A DNA stretch of 64,000 nt from Calcarisporiella thermophila CBS 279.70 (GCF_041956535.1 NW_027192199.1:372001-436000), one strand, 5' to 3'; numbered from the stretch's first letter, positions 25,365-39,098 are shown. The notes: generated by a model from the letters alone, not told the origin. Program-made: numbers and translations.

Positions 25365-28300
25365 TCACTTGAGGGCTGTGGCCGATGTCAAAGGGAGTGA
25401 TGATATGGTTCGCGTCTCTTCGCTTTCTCCTGAAGCCTCGCCGCACTCGTCCTCCTCCTCTTCCACCTCGAAAGCACCCGGTCTATCTGCTTTATTGTTC
25501 CAAGCATCCAGAAGGGATTGGGGTCTCATGTCTTTCATCTCAATCTCAGGCCGAGTCCACGGCAATCCTTCAAACGGGGCAGGGGCGGCTGGGGTGGTAT
25601 GGGCCACCGATCCTGGGTTACTATCTCTACTTTGTCTCCGGGTAGAGTCAGAGTGCACCTGCGAGTCATGCAGCTCATGGGACGGGGCTGCATAGGCTGG
25701 CTGCACCGTGTAGGACCCATTATATAATGTTGGGGCCACCCACCCATCCGCATCGGATTCGGTGGCCAAGGTCTCAATGCTCCTTCTTGCACCACCTGCT
25801 CTCGTTGTTTTTCCCGTTTCAGGAGTCTCATTTCGAGTGGGGGCTGGGGGGACTGACGTCGCGGATTCTTGCAAAGTTTCATCAGTCGTGATCGCCGTTG
25901 CGGTAGAAGAGATGGGTCTCCCAAACGGGAATCTTCGGGTTTTCTTTGCGGGGCCAGCACGATTTTTCCGCCGCCGGCGCTGCACGCAGAAAAAGGTAAA
26001 ATGCACGATCACGAGAAGAAGTAGTAGACTGATCACCACAATCACAGGGATGGCGACATGCTTGTATCGGTTGATCCATCCGTTTATCGTGTTTACTAAT
26101 GGAATCGTTTATGAAAAGATAAACATCCGAAGAGTCGCATCACAGCTGACCAATACTCACTTATAGAGCCCGGTTGGCATTGGCCGTGAACACACATCCC
26201 GCCGTATCCGCATGGCGTACCGTCGATGAAGAATCCATTCAGCTGCAAGCAATTATGGCCGCTGGTTGGATCGGTGCACACGACGGCACAGTTAAATTCC
26301 TCGAAACTGCACTCCTCCGTAATGTTTACGCGATTGCCACGTGCCATACACTGAGCGTCACGAGATCTGCATTTCATTTTATTGACAGAGTTGAAGAAAA
26401 AAAACAGTTTTGAGTGAGTCCGGAGTTCAATAGCACATCCATTACTGTCAACTTACGTGCACTGCCCAGACGCGCATTTCAGACCATCGGGCCCACAGTC
26501 AGTTCCGTCAGGAATATGGTTGTCTGATGGGCAGTCAGGGTTCGTGCCTGTGCACATCTCTGGGATATCACAATGCGAGATAGCGGGGCGACAGGGAACA
26601 TTTGCGGGCTTCAGTTGGCATTTGTCACAACATTGATTGTTCAGGTCGCTACACACGGCGTGAGCTTTGAGAGTGCAGTTGGAATAGCAGCATTGATCCT
26701 CTTGTTTGCCTGGGTCACATTCCTCATCCTCCTCGAGAATAGCATTTCCGCACACCGAGAGGCTCTCCACTCGCCGCTGCCCAGGAGGTTTCAAGCAATA
26801 GCCTACGCTGGGGACCGTGAAGCAAATGTCCGAAATGGAGCAGGGCGAGAACACGTCCGAGGTAAAGTTGCTTATAGGGTTCATGAGATACTGGCTCTCG
26901 GAATCGCATTGGCTGAGCGAGAGTGGACAACATCGACAGCCGTTGGTGCAGGGGCAGTCGAGGCTGGTGCAATCATGGAGAGCTCCAAAACCATGCCCGA
27001 CTTCGTGGGCAATAATCTTCCATTGATCTCGTGTAATCGAAGAAACCCCTGTTCCGGAGACCTTTTGTAGCAGTTTTGGTCAAAAAAAAAAAAGAGCGTA
27101 TAGGTCCAGGTTAGATCGCGTGCTGCTAGTTTGGGGAGCCGTTAAAAGGGATAAATTTACCCAGTTTTGTCCGTACTCGGTTTGTTGAATACTCGATGTG
27201 CTCGTACATAATTGCCCTAGCCAGGCCACACCAATCTTTGAATCCGTGCTAGTATAGCAGAGTAAGTGAATCGGCTCGGTATCTGTAGAACGAAAAAAAA
27301 AAAAAGAAGAATGTGGACAAATAACTCACTTGCACTTTGTCATTAGATGCCAAAGCCCAACGCCATCCTCCCCACGTTGTCCACGCCAATAACTGAAATC
27401 GCTCAATCGCTGGTTGATGGTGTAAGCTTCGCTGCAGTCTCGGTTCCAAGGCACGGCTCCCGTTCCGTCGTTTCCAACCATGCTGCAGGGCGGCTCGTAT
27501 ATTTCAATAAATATGATACCTAGAGAGATGTTAAAACTTCGCTCATATACGACGGAGGCGGTGTTAAAGTCGGTGATAATTTGCTTGCGCACATCCTCCG
27601 CTGACTGATGGTGGTCCACGAATGTGCAGTCCGCGGCGACACCCATGTAATTGATGAGGCGTGATTTTGGACAGCCACGCCCATCGAAATGCTTGGGAGC
27701 ACGCCTAAAGAGAGGCTGCGGTTCGTGGTGGAATTCCCAAAGGAATTTAGAATGGTGAAAAGGAGAGTATTCAGACAATTTTGCGAGAGGCGAGAGGGAT
27801 CGATGGCGGCGTAGAGCCATGACAGGATTGGTTGGATCGAAATTGGGGGACATTTCCTCCATCCCGCACGACTGAGAGATTCCCCCACCACGCTTGGAGA
27901 GTCCACTGACCGAGAGCTGGTCAGAGTCGCGGTAGATCACCATAGTTGCAGCCTCACTGCCCCAGGGGTGAGTGTGAGGAAAATCCGGGTCTTCTGCACG
28001 CTTGACCAGCCTGTATTTGTGGATAGGCTTTATGTGGTAGACATTGCCATGGCCGCTAAAAGCTCCTTCAAACATGAAATGACCAAACCGCTTATCCCTA
28101 AATTATATGGATGCCGATACCACAATGATAGGCAATGGGGTGAGTGATAACACATACGTTGTCTCGAAAAAGAAAGAAAGAGATGGCATACCCAGGATGC
28201 TCATGCACCACTATCCTCGCCCACCCAATAGCGTGTTCTCGAGACCAGTCGTGGCGCTCGATGCCGACCCAATCTTCATCCCACCAACGCTTTCCTATTT

Positions 28301-28743
28301 CCGCATTGTCCGTAACCCACCCTTTGTATACTCGCTCATCTCGTAGTGGTATAATTTCTGCATTTCCACCAGGCTTATGCACAGTTATAGTAGCATCGGG
28401 ATGCAAGAAGTCTGGATTGGGCTCGAGATGTAGATGAAAAGTCTTGTTAAAGGATTTGAAATGGATCCGAAATGAGTCGTCATGTCTAAGCTCAGAAGGA
28501 GCGGAACTAAAGATTGCATCGCGATGGCGAGGAATGATTTCGAAATGAGAGGGTGACAGATACTCAATATGTGAAAGCGGAGGGTCGAAGGTGCTATGGG
28601 CTGCAGGGGAGAGGATGGGTCAATAAAGCTTGAAAAAAAAAAATGTCGGGTCGTGCACCCAACATTAGAACAATCTTACCCAGAGACAGGGGAATAATTA
28701 ATGAGATCCAGGTGCATATTCGGAAATAGTGGACTAATCGCAT
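25365..28743 (-). CDS. ADAM-family membrane metalloprotease with disintegrin domain, multi-exon
   Basis: Signal peptide, prodomain, MGVAADC, zinc motif AHEVGHGFGALHDC (about 26965-27010), CGNAILEEDEECDPG disintegrin, CDIPEMCTG, TM helix followed by QRRRRK and a cytosolic tail. Confidence 0.92.
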
Positions 28744-30620
28744 CGCTTTTCAGCAAGATGCAGAAGGCGTGGGCGAAATTAGGATTCTCGTCTGGCACAA
28801 AATGGAGGAGAGAAGATGAGATGATTCTAAAGGCAGCCAATCCAAGTGGAACTCACCAATGGAAGCAATGCGGCTGAATTCTCACTAATTCTGCGGATTC
28901 CAACCAAATTCACAGTAAAACAAAGAGGGGATGTCTGTCTCTCACGCGCGTCACTTTCAACCAAATCTAACAAACAATTGTCATGCCGCAGAATTCAATC
29001 GCATAAAATATATAAAATAACACGAGTGAAAAATAAGCTGACAAGAGAAGCCACCAGGGGAAACCACACTGTCGTACTGAGGTAACCTAGAGTGGCTCTA
29101 ATCAATACGAAACAATAAAAGGCTCCCCTAGCACGAATCTTGGCAATGCTACACAGCTCGAGAACCTCTCCATTCAACACCATAGGCGGCAAAGCTTCCT
29201 TGCTGCCAACCTCGCCTCGCCCCATACCACAATAGGATCAAGCTCAGAGGGAGATTTTGGAGTCCAGGCCGGCCGGGCTTTCTGGGAACAATGAGGAGGC
29301 CCATGCCCGGGTTGAAGGTTGTAAAAAAGGGCGAGATGAAGCTTATGGCTCTAGGTTTGGGGTTACCGTAAAAACCGTAAAACTGTAATCGTAAAAAATG
29401 CCAAGACCATCCCAAGGCACACTTTGTCCAACTCCTTGACTTTATACAACAGGTGTCCTGGGCAGAGAGACGATCCTACGGAAACTGAAGCAACGCGGCG
29501 GCGTTCGGCGCTGGCAGCTAGCCGGCTGGAAAGACGCGACTTTCGTACGAGGAGCAGCCGGCAGAGACCCTTTGCTATCCGGCTCCTTTGACTTTGGTCC
29601 CATCAACTCTATTTTGTCAGCATGAGCAAAAGGGCTTAAGGTTAGCTTATTCGGCGTAGTCTTCACGCACACCGAACGAGATGATCAAAACATAAAATGC
29701 TCGACTATCTACTTTAATACAAGCCTCCAAAACGCCTTTTTTTGGGGGGGGAGGGGCAAACGAAATCTTGGAAATATCAAGAATACTGCCTCTGCTATCT
29801 ACTCGCGCCAGTTGATCATGGTTTTTAGGTAACAGGCCATTTAACCTGACTGCGGATGATTTTGTGATGTAGAATATGGTATATCACTAGTGAGCTTCCT
29901 AGCCTCACACTCGCTGGTTTTTCCAGAGCTTTAATAGGTTTATCTAGTTGCATAAGCGCATCCATTGAGTATTTGCTCAAATTAGGTATCTCTCCGTATT
30001 CCCCCCAATCACCCTAGTCACACTTCTTGGCACGCCTCTCCTGTATAACTTTCCCCTCCCAAATAAGCCGTCTCAATCGACTTTAACTTGGGTAGCTCTG
30101 CTACGAAATTTGTCATCCACAACAAGCTGCAATACTTCCAAAAGCATCGTTGTCCGACGCTCCCAGCTCGGGGTGACATTGATCTTTACTAGGATCGTGG
30201 AAGATGGAAAAGCTTGCCTACTTTTTATATTGAATGGGTTTCGTTGGCCTTGAGGAAGTATCTAGCTTCTTCAATACGAGCTCCGCCTTTGAGAAAAACT
30301 TGTTATGCCAAGTTGACAAGAAATCGTCCTTATTAATAACACAATGAAAAAAAGAAAAAAAAAACTAAAACTATACAAATATATCCATTTTTTTCATAGA
30401 CACGATTTCGTCAGAAAACCGGCCGAGAAAAGAGGAGCGAAAAACTTACTAGAGTAACAAATATGAACATGGGGAGGATGACGGTAGAGAGTTGGCAACT
30501 ATTAATGAAAGGAAAAGTGGAAGGAGGGGAAAAGAGAACGAGGAATGAGGGCAGGGCCGTCGTTATCAGCACAGTGCGGGCAATATGGGGGTGAATAGGT
30601 TGTGGATAGGCAAGTTTTCG

Positions 30621-31990
30621 CTAAAGTTTTTTTGGTTTTCGTATGTGCTCCTCTCTTTCTCGGCTGTTACTCCATTCGCTGCAGTCATGGGTTTTTTCCA
30701 CTCGCTCCGGCTTCCCATGGTATTCCTCCTGCTGTAGCAGCAGCGGGTCCCGCGAGCTTGCAAGGGCCTGCACGAACGTCAGCGCGCGTACCATGATCGT
30801 GACTGGCAAAAGCACCCATCGTAGCACCCAGGCAGCAAAGGAGATCCGCTGCTCCTCTAGGCGCTTGGCAATCTTCGCCTCATGCTCGCGTAGTTTAGCC
30901 TCCAACACCGCAAACCGCTCTTCTGCCAGCCCCTGCATCCGCCGTTCCTTTTTCTCGTGCCGACGGATGATATGCTGGAGCTCCTCAATAAGAGGCTCCA
31001 CTCCAGTGCGGATCTCAGAGATATCCCGCTTGAGGGCCAGATTGCGGCTTAACTGCTCCATCTCAACCTCCAGGCTGTTGAGGCGCTCCCTAAGTGCGTC
31101 TATCTCGGTCTCTGGGTAGTTGACCCGCGATTGCAACCGCCGTGCTCTTTCTTTTGCAAGGGCTACGAGATGAAGAATCGGACGGATGGAGGCCGCCAGG
31201 ACAAACAGATGCGTCGGGAAGGTGTAGGATTCTTCAGAGGCAAGTCGGCTCATGGCCCAGTTCACACCCCAGGCGCCGAGAAAGGGCGATGCGAGCACAA
31301 AAAGAAGGGAGTGGAATTCTTGTTTTCGAAGCTTGTGGGCCACGTTCTCATGCTCAGGGTCGACGGGGCCGGAAGTGGGTGCGAGTCGCTCGACGTTGAC
31401 ACGCTGCTGTCTCGCCTCATAATACATCTCCCATGGAACTAACAAAGGAAAGGCAACATCCGCGTTATAAAACTCGCAATGTGAAGAGATTGAGGGGGAG
31501 ATGCTTAGGAATCACCTCTAAGTGTAGTGTATAGAAACCAGGCAATCAGACTCAGAAACAGGAAATCGGTCCAGGCCTCGGCACGTCCGAAGAGCGCAGA
31601 TCCCATGGGGGGCAGAAGCGCAAACAAAATCGGCCAGGTGTAAGCGGGCCCAGAAAAGCTATCCTTGTCGCCCTTGTCCACGCCGTATGGCCTAGCCATA
31701 TTGTCCGCGACTCGTTCTGCACCTTCGCGAACGGTTGAGGGCCGCTTTCCTCTCCCACCATTCTCATTGATGGGCCAGCTATAATCGTCATCAAGATTAT
31801 CGTTGTTTTCGGGGGTAGCAGGATGGGGAGGGGTGGGGTACGAGGAAGGCCCGCCGCCGATATTAGGGTAATATTCGTGGTCACTTGTGGTACTGCCGCT
31901 CGGCTGCCATCCACCGCTAGTGCCCCGCCCGTCTTTGTCCTTTGGGCGTGCGCCACGCCGGCGTGCTGGCGTATCATTTAGAACAGACAT
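30621..31990 (-). CDS. Uncharacterised fungal membrane protein with coiled coil (2 exons)
   Basis: 'WPILFALLPPMGSALFG...WTDFLFLSLIAWFLY|VPWEMYYEAR', further TM segments and a coiled coil; GT-AG intron at about 31441-31516. Confidence 0.7.
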
Positions 31991-33361
31991 TGATGAATAA
32001 TTGTGCAATTTTTGAACAAATAGTAAAGAATTTTTTGAAAACGAATGGAATTCAATAAAAAAATATTAAACACGCCCAAAGCGTTTCACGGTGTGAAAAA
32101 AAAATTCTATTAAAGGGGAGATATATCTATTCTCGCTATGTATACGTGTGTTAGTACAGAGTAATTCACACACCGGAGGGGAGAATTTGGCATTAATCCA
32201 CACACTAGATATCACTCCAGTCTCTTCAGAATTAAAAAAAAGGATAAGCACAAAACACGCAAGAAAGGTGAAACTTATCTTTTAACCCTTCCCTTTCTTA
32301 TCTTCTCAAGTGAGAAACTTCCGCGAATGCTTTAGACCAATCCACATCGGCAATTTGTAATTTGATTGGCCATAAGAGGTCTTATAAAGGATAAATAGAG
32401 AAGCGAGGATGCTCAAAATATTCTCATTCACAACCTACATAGCGTACAGGCGAGCCTAAAACGCTCGAGCCGAGGTTGCTGATAGCCAGACTCCCCACGG
32501 GGTGCCTCTTCCCACCAGATTTGACTGGAGTTACAAGTAGGAAGGAGGCGCTATTATTGAGTAGAATCAACCCCAAGGTTTCGAAAGCTAAATTGATTAA
32601 ACTCTCTTCATATGATTCGCATAGAGCTCTCCTGATATAAGCCCTTGAGATTGTATCATTTACACCCTCTCCTTGCCCATTCTCCAAACAAAATGCATAT
32701 TTCTAAAATGTATTAATCATACCATGCCCTATGCTTTCTATGGTAGCTTTATAAAACGGTCCTACTACCATGGAGCGTATACACACCATACAAAATCTTC
32801 CCACTGAGTTGTAGCGAGAGATCGAGAGAAAAATCCTTTACTCTACATAATCTTTGTGCTGATCTGTATTGAATAAACCAGAAACGTGGGGGGTCTCTCT
32901 CTTACTAAACCAAGTGCGACTTTTGTTTTTGCACGACCCTTTCCACTTTTCCTACCGCGATTTCGTGGTTAGAAAAGAGTTTCCACATCCCACCGGAATA
33001 GAATCCAGTTTCTGCAATCCTGAATCCGAATTCAGATGGCATTCGCCAAACACTTTGTGTGCTGTTGATGCTCTCTCTCATGATACCCTCATTCCTTCTG
33101 AAATGGTTAAGCGCATGCATGCATGTATGTATGTGTAAGCGCGTGAGTGTGGATTTCAATATTAACCCCTATTTGCTTAGCCGATCCTCATCATCCAGTG
33201 TCCCAAGAGAATGGCTCGGCAAAGCCTCATAGGACATGCCAGAATCACTTTGGCTTGCAAAAAAACCTTATTAAATTAAACTTTGGAGACGTATGTGAGA
33301 TCAAACAGTTTATGTGGTTCATATATACAAATATACAACTTAAATATGGGAAAAGCAGACG

Positions 33362-35092
33362 CTAGCCTTCAGAGGTCTCGCGTTCGGCTGAGGAAGGGTT
33401 GGATTCGCTAACATTCTGACTGCTTGTCGTACGGGGTAATATTAAATGTTTGGGCATCTGAGAGGACGGGGTTGTAACTTTAATCTCGGGACTCTCCTCT
33501 GTGCGCAAGATGCTGGGTGCCGTATTCAGCGAGAATTCACGCGCTCTTTCCTCAATTTCCCGTCGTCGTTGGAGTACTCGATTCATTTCCGGCTCGAAGC
33601 GGCGATTGGCCCAGCTCGTATTCCGCAACTGCATCCGGCGCTGTATCAGAGACTATTGGGTAGAGAGAGATGAAAAAGGGTCAGTTGGCTGATTATATTT
33701 TTTGGGGGCGAGGAGAGAGGAGAGAGAAGAGAGGAGGTGCGCTTAATTAGAAGACTAATATTGAAATGAAGCTTACATCAACATCCTCCGTAGCAGCTCT
33801 CACGATATTGGGCCTGGTCTTTGCAGCGACCACCTCACAGGCCGCCTCGGGGGCTGACGCGGGCACTGTCTTTCCGCGTGCGGGCGTGGATGCTCGCCCT
33901 TCAACAACGGGCTCTGTTTCCTCGCTTCTGGATCTTGATTCCACATAGGCGGCTATCGGCGCCACCGTGTTCACTTCTCCACGTAAACTACTCAGCCGGC
34001 TTTTCTTCCATCTTTCTGTGAAATCTGCCAGATCATCCATAAACGTGTCGCCCATCCGAACACCCTCTGCAACGTCCCTCACCCTTTCGTTCCCGACAGC
34101 AACTTCCACTAACCGGCGTTTACAGCTCGCATAATCTGAACTGAATTGTGAGAGGGAGGAGCGGCTGGCGTCTCCCAAAATCTGTGGCTACAGATACACG
34201 AGATAAGTATGCGTCAGAGTAAGCTTTGCCATGCAATGCCAAGCGAATGATGATATTTACCAGGCCGTGCATATTATCGGTTCGTTTGAGTTTTGAAAGG
34301 TCGTATCGATCCGCACTATATCGGTTAGATACGTTAGTGTTACGCTAGCACCTCTATATGCTGCCTTCGGAGACTTACATCCGGGGACACTGTGAGATGG
34401 GCACTTCTATCTTCTTATCCGCAGCACATAAAAGGAATGCTCCATCCTCCCTGAGCTTCCAGAACACATACACAAAATCCAAGAGGGAGTAGTTTTCGCA
34501 ATAGACATAGATGTCCCACATCATTTTCATCATATCTATGGTGGGAACCGGTGTAAACGGGAGGCCATCGAAAAATACTCCAAGTCTGTATTCTCACCTG
34601 GTGTCACTGGAATACCGACTCGCTCCCACAGTTCTGGTTGTGTGTAATAGAGCAAGTAGAGTGTGTAGAGAGACGCCACTTTGAACTCCAAATATCGTGT
34701 TTTGCTGAAATAATCTTGAAAAAGACCGAATGATAAAGTATGGAGTACAGTATAAACGACTCTGAGAACATACCTTGGGCAATCTCATAGAGCGCATTCA
34801 TAAAGTTAGTTCTTCCATCGCGCATAGGGCATCCAAAATGAATAAATGAAAAATTAAGCTGATCCCACACCTCGCGAAATGGGGGAAACTCGTAAGTTTT
34901 TTTCTACAGAGCGCAATGGACCGTTACTACCATGGTCAAGAATCTTACGTATCAAAGCCTACTTACTCGCTGATATGCAGTGATTAACATCTGGATGTCA
35001 TTCTTGAGGGCTGTCTTTGAGATGCCTTCATTGCCAATACTTATGGCATCGTTGAGAATCTCTTCGACGGCTGTATTCTCTCTTTGTGGCAT
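33362..35092 (-). CDS. SNAPC1: SNAPc subunit SNAPC1/SNAP43-like (snRNA-activating protein complex), multi-exon
   Basis: Spliced translation FPPFREVWDQLNFSFIHFG...FMNALYEIAQ|DYFSKTRYLEFKVASLYTLYLLYYTQP...DFVYVFWKLREDGAFLLCA, which parallels the human SNAP43 blocks as I recall them (F..LW..MKF..IF.G; RVGALYLLYGLYNTQ; DAAYIFRKLR...AF). Confidence 0.72.
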
Positions 35093-35345
35093 GCTCTCTC
35101 ATCGAAGAAGTCGGAGAAGAGCGTGAAATAGCTTGGTGTATATAGAAAAAATCGAAGTCACACCCAGAGATTAGGCTTCGATTATTTCAGAACTACTAGC
35201 ATATGGAATCCTTTTTTCACGGTTATGGTGTGTATATCATGTTCATCTTTTATTGTTTCATTATCCTCATGAATATATTAGAAGGAAAGAGAAAAAAAAC
35301 CAATGAAAAGAATTTTTTATAAAGATATATATTATATTTTAAAAG

Positions 35346-36344
35346 CTAAACGCCATTTGTTCCATCGTGCCTCAGTCGCTTCTGCTGCTCCTCCCTCAGT
35401 CGATCTTGCCACCGGTGTTGCTTCGCTATCTCGTGTATCTTGAACCCGAAAATACGAGGCACATAGCGCTCACTTGTCTTGCTCGGTACCAGGTTGGGGT
35501 AGATCTGGAAGAGCATGTGGGGAAAGCTTGTCCCAAAATAGGCCCCATCGATCGTGCTGTGACGCGAAGACTTTGGGTTGTATACGTCCTCACAGCGGGG
35601 ACAATAGAGCTTAACCGACTTGCCGTAGGGGATATCCGAAAGGCCTACAGGAAGAAGGGGCTGGTTGTAGCAAAGGACCCGAGGACAGCGGCCAAAATCC
35701 GCCCGCTTGTACTTATCGACCTATTGAAGTACACATAGAGCTCAGTATAATAAGTCGCTTCACACAAACAGGTGTGGATGCACGTGTTTAAACGATGGAG
35801 TGTCTTCGGGAAATACCAACCATTTTCGCAAGTCCTCTGCCAGTGAGAATATAGCGTGCATGAATAAGACCATAAAGGTGTCGTGCCGATTTTTCTACTT
35901 GTTCTCGTAAATCATCATCGATTTCCTCCTCTGAAAAATCAGTCAGATTAGATCATGTGCACGAGAAGATTTTCTTACAGGAAAATTTAAAAAGAAATTG
36001 CGTACCGAGGGAATCGGTAATTAAGTCCATCGCCTGCTGGTAATGCGATACCTCAGTATTTAACCCGGTAAGGTTAAAACGATCAAGGATATATTCCTCA
36101 TCAATTTCACAAAAGTATTCATTGCCCTTCAGGCTCAAAAACCTGTGAAAATAGGGGATGGTTGAGTAAAATAAACATATGAACGCAACAGGGTAATGGG
36201 CATGTTTACCAATCCACCCAGTATTTTACAGCGCAGTCGCTTTCGGACCCAGCAGACAATTCATCCACTACAGAGCCGCATGGGAGCGAAAATTAGTGAT
36301 TAAAATGATCAAGATCGACTTTATATCAAGCCCATTCACTTACT
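35346..36344 (-). CDS. CKB1: Casein kinase II regulatory beta subunit; ATG split by the first intron
   Basis: [90 protein letters not shown]. Confidence 0.95.
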
Positions 36345-37578
36345 TTGGAGATCTTTATTATTTTTTTTTATGTTATATTAACCAGCCGTGTTGGTGAGAT
36401 GGGATCGCGCCAATTTCTTCCGCCAATTTGGATTATGAATGCGGGTAAGGGATTAGTGGAACGTCCAACAACAAGATGAGATGGTGAGTGGGGATGGGCG
36501 GGATGGGGATCGGTTGTTGTGAACAATTAAATCGAGGAAAACGATTTCTTAAAAGTATTTTTACATGAATTACCTCTTCCCTCAGAGTGAGAGCATATGA
36601 TTGGCCAATTTTGCAATAGATACAATTTCAATGGAAATAAAACTATCTTCGATAAATACATGTTGAGAGGCTTCTTTTATGTGCACAGAGGCCCCTGAGT
36701 GAATACACCACATGGATACCATATTGGAGATGAATTTTTGATAGTCTTGAGAAAATAAGCTTCATTGATACTGCCAGACTCGGGATATACGCTCGAGCAA
36801 CTTCGTAATACTCCCACTTATATCGCTCGAATAACTCAATTGGTAGAGCAAAGGCAAATTTCCATTCTAATATCAAAAAGGGAAGCATTCCCCTACTAAA
36901 TGCGGTCTTCATAATTTATTGTACGTAATGAAACGGTTTGACTCGATAGGGTTGCCTTTACTCTGGCGAAAGAGCTTCTATCGGCAGATATCACCGTTGC
37001 TCCATTTTTTTTTTCGAGCGAAAAACTGGTATACGATGAAGTAATATAAATTGTACGCAGCTTCTTTCTTGGTTCTCAAAGGAACGATTGGCTAGGACAG
37101 GAACTATCATAAGCTTGCCGCTAATGTATACCATGGAAGATGGATCCATAGATTATATGAGGTGTAGGACGGAGCTAGAGCACTTTTCGTTTGTGTTCTC
37201 ACATTCTTCACAAAAAGTGCCATGCCCACAATGCTCTTTCCCAAGAGGAGAGACATGCGAAAGAAAGTTGGTATTTCTTGATTTTTTTCTCTATAAAAAG
37301 AAAAAACAATTGATAAAGGGAATAATAAAAAAGATATAATTAAAGAGAAGCTCCTATTGGGAATAGACAATATCAGCATTTGAAACAAAAAAAAAAATGG
37401 AAGATATCATAAACGAAAATGGCATAGTGGGTGGAGAGAAGGATAAAAAAAAACGAAAAAGGCAGCAGAATACACATGTTATCGCAAGCAGCGCAAAAGG
37501 GGGGAGACAAAAAGGTAGAGGTGGGGTATAAAATATGTTATAAGCAATATGATCATGGTTGAGCTTAACCGCTATTGA

Positions 37579-38576
37579 TTACATCATGTAATAGTTACCA
37601 TACCCTCCCATATACGGATTCATCATTCCTCCACCATAGGGCCCTCCCATTGCTCCCATTGCTCCCATCGCCCCCATCCCCATCGCCCCCATTCCTCCCA
37701 TGCCGCCCATCCCTCCCATGCCCATCATACCACGGTTATATGGGTATGCGCCTCCAGGGCCATACATCCCTCCCATGCCATAGCCACCCATTCCGCCCAT
37801 TCCGCCCATTCCGCCCATTCCGGCTCCGTAGGGGTATGCTCCCATACCCCCCATTCCCATGCCATAGCCGCCCATACCGCCATAGCCATAGCCATACCCT
37901 CCCATGCCCGGATACATGCCACCCATCCCGTAACCGCCATACATCCCATAGGGTCTACAAGCAAACTCCAATTTAACCAGCGATATTCCAAATGAATAGC
38001 AAAGCAAATCAAGTATTTACCTTCCGTACATATTTCCATTGAAAGGGACCACATTGCCATAGCTTCGAGTGCTATTCATCGCGTAATCAAAAATCCCGTT
38101 TGTTGAGAGGCCATGCATGGCCGACATCATTTGGCCTGCAGGCGTTTCATTGCCAATCCCGCTATAGATCGCGGGGCCGACTTCGGCCGTGCGCATAGTG
38201 GGTGCGTTAAATATTGAGTCAAATATGCCGTTTCGTGATATGGGAGAGTAAAAACTGCGCGGACGCTGCGCAATGGGCGCAGCGGCATTAGGGGGGGGGG
38301 ATTCCAGCGCCCATAGGTGGAATAAAATTAGGTGGTGCGTTGGCGTGAGGTGCTCCTCGGAATTCACTAAAGAGATAATCTAGAAAGCCTGGCTTCTTCG
38401 GCTGTGGTGCTTGAGGGGGGACAGCAGCTGCGGGTATGGCTGTGTTAGCGGTTTGAGTGGGAGGTGCAGGGCCGGGTTGTTGTGATGCGGCAGGTGGTGG
38501 CGCGTTTGCGGTCGGTAAAGAAGGTTGAGCAGGTGCAGTAGCGGAAGCTCCTTGAGGCTGTTGTTGTTGCGGTTGT

Positions 38577-38618
<42 letters not shown>

Positions 38619-39012
38619 GCTTGAGCGGCTTGTGCTAGAATATAAAAATAGAATTATCAAATTTGGGTAAGAAACAACATTAAGTGGGATTAGGTTAAAT
38701 TGGAAGAGATGTGATTGATTCCAGGAATTGCTCCCTTTCGCGATGGGGAAACAGTTCATTTTCTTCACCGAAAAATCACCACAGGGTCTTACCTGGAGCC
38801 GAAGATGCCTGGGAGGATGCTTGGGCAGCAGCTGGGGCTTGCTGTCCTTGAGCTAAAATGGGAGAAGTTTGCGTTAGATGCAACAAAGAGCATCACGTCC
38901 AACAGATGTGTATGACATGTCGTCGGGCCACCTAAACCAAGGCAGTGTCCATTTGCTTACCAAAAGTAAAAGGGTAATATGCTGGAATCGGCTGGTAACC
39001 GTAAGAGTACAT
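37579..39012 (-). CDS. Low-complexity polyQ / Gly-Met-Tyr-rich (prion-like) protein; apparent frameshift at C10 tract 38291-38300
   Basis: Exons MYSYGYQPIPAYYPFTF|AQGQQAP...|AQAAQAQQQQ...KKPGFLDYLFSEF...IPPP [frameshift] NAAAP...MYGR|PYGMYGGYGMGG...YYMM; GT-AG introns. Confidence 0.6.
37620..37950 (-). repeat. Coding GGM/GAM tripeptide repeats
   Basis: Repeated ccgcccatt / cccattgct units encoding GGM, GAM and GGY. Confidence 0.85.
38558..38617 (-). repeat. (CAG/CAA)n polyglutamine tract
   Basis: gctgttgctgtt... on the plus strand. Confidence 0.9.
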
Positions 39013-39098
39013 GCGGATTAGACTGTCCGCGCGTTTACTCGATTTCTGCGATTCTTCGGTTGAGAAAATTATTTCAAGGCGTTCGAAGGAAAAGCCCT

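Noticed and set aside
36822-36960. tRNA-like 5' half (GCTCGAATAACTCAATTGGTAGAGC) with a distant GGTTTGACTC
   Set aside because: The D stem is mismatched and there is no correctly placed anticodon arm, T arm or acceptor stem; at most a relic. tRNAscan-SE would settle it.
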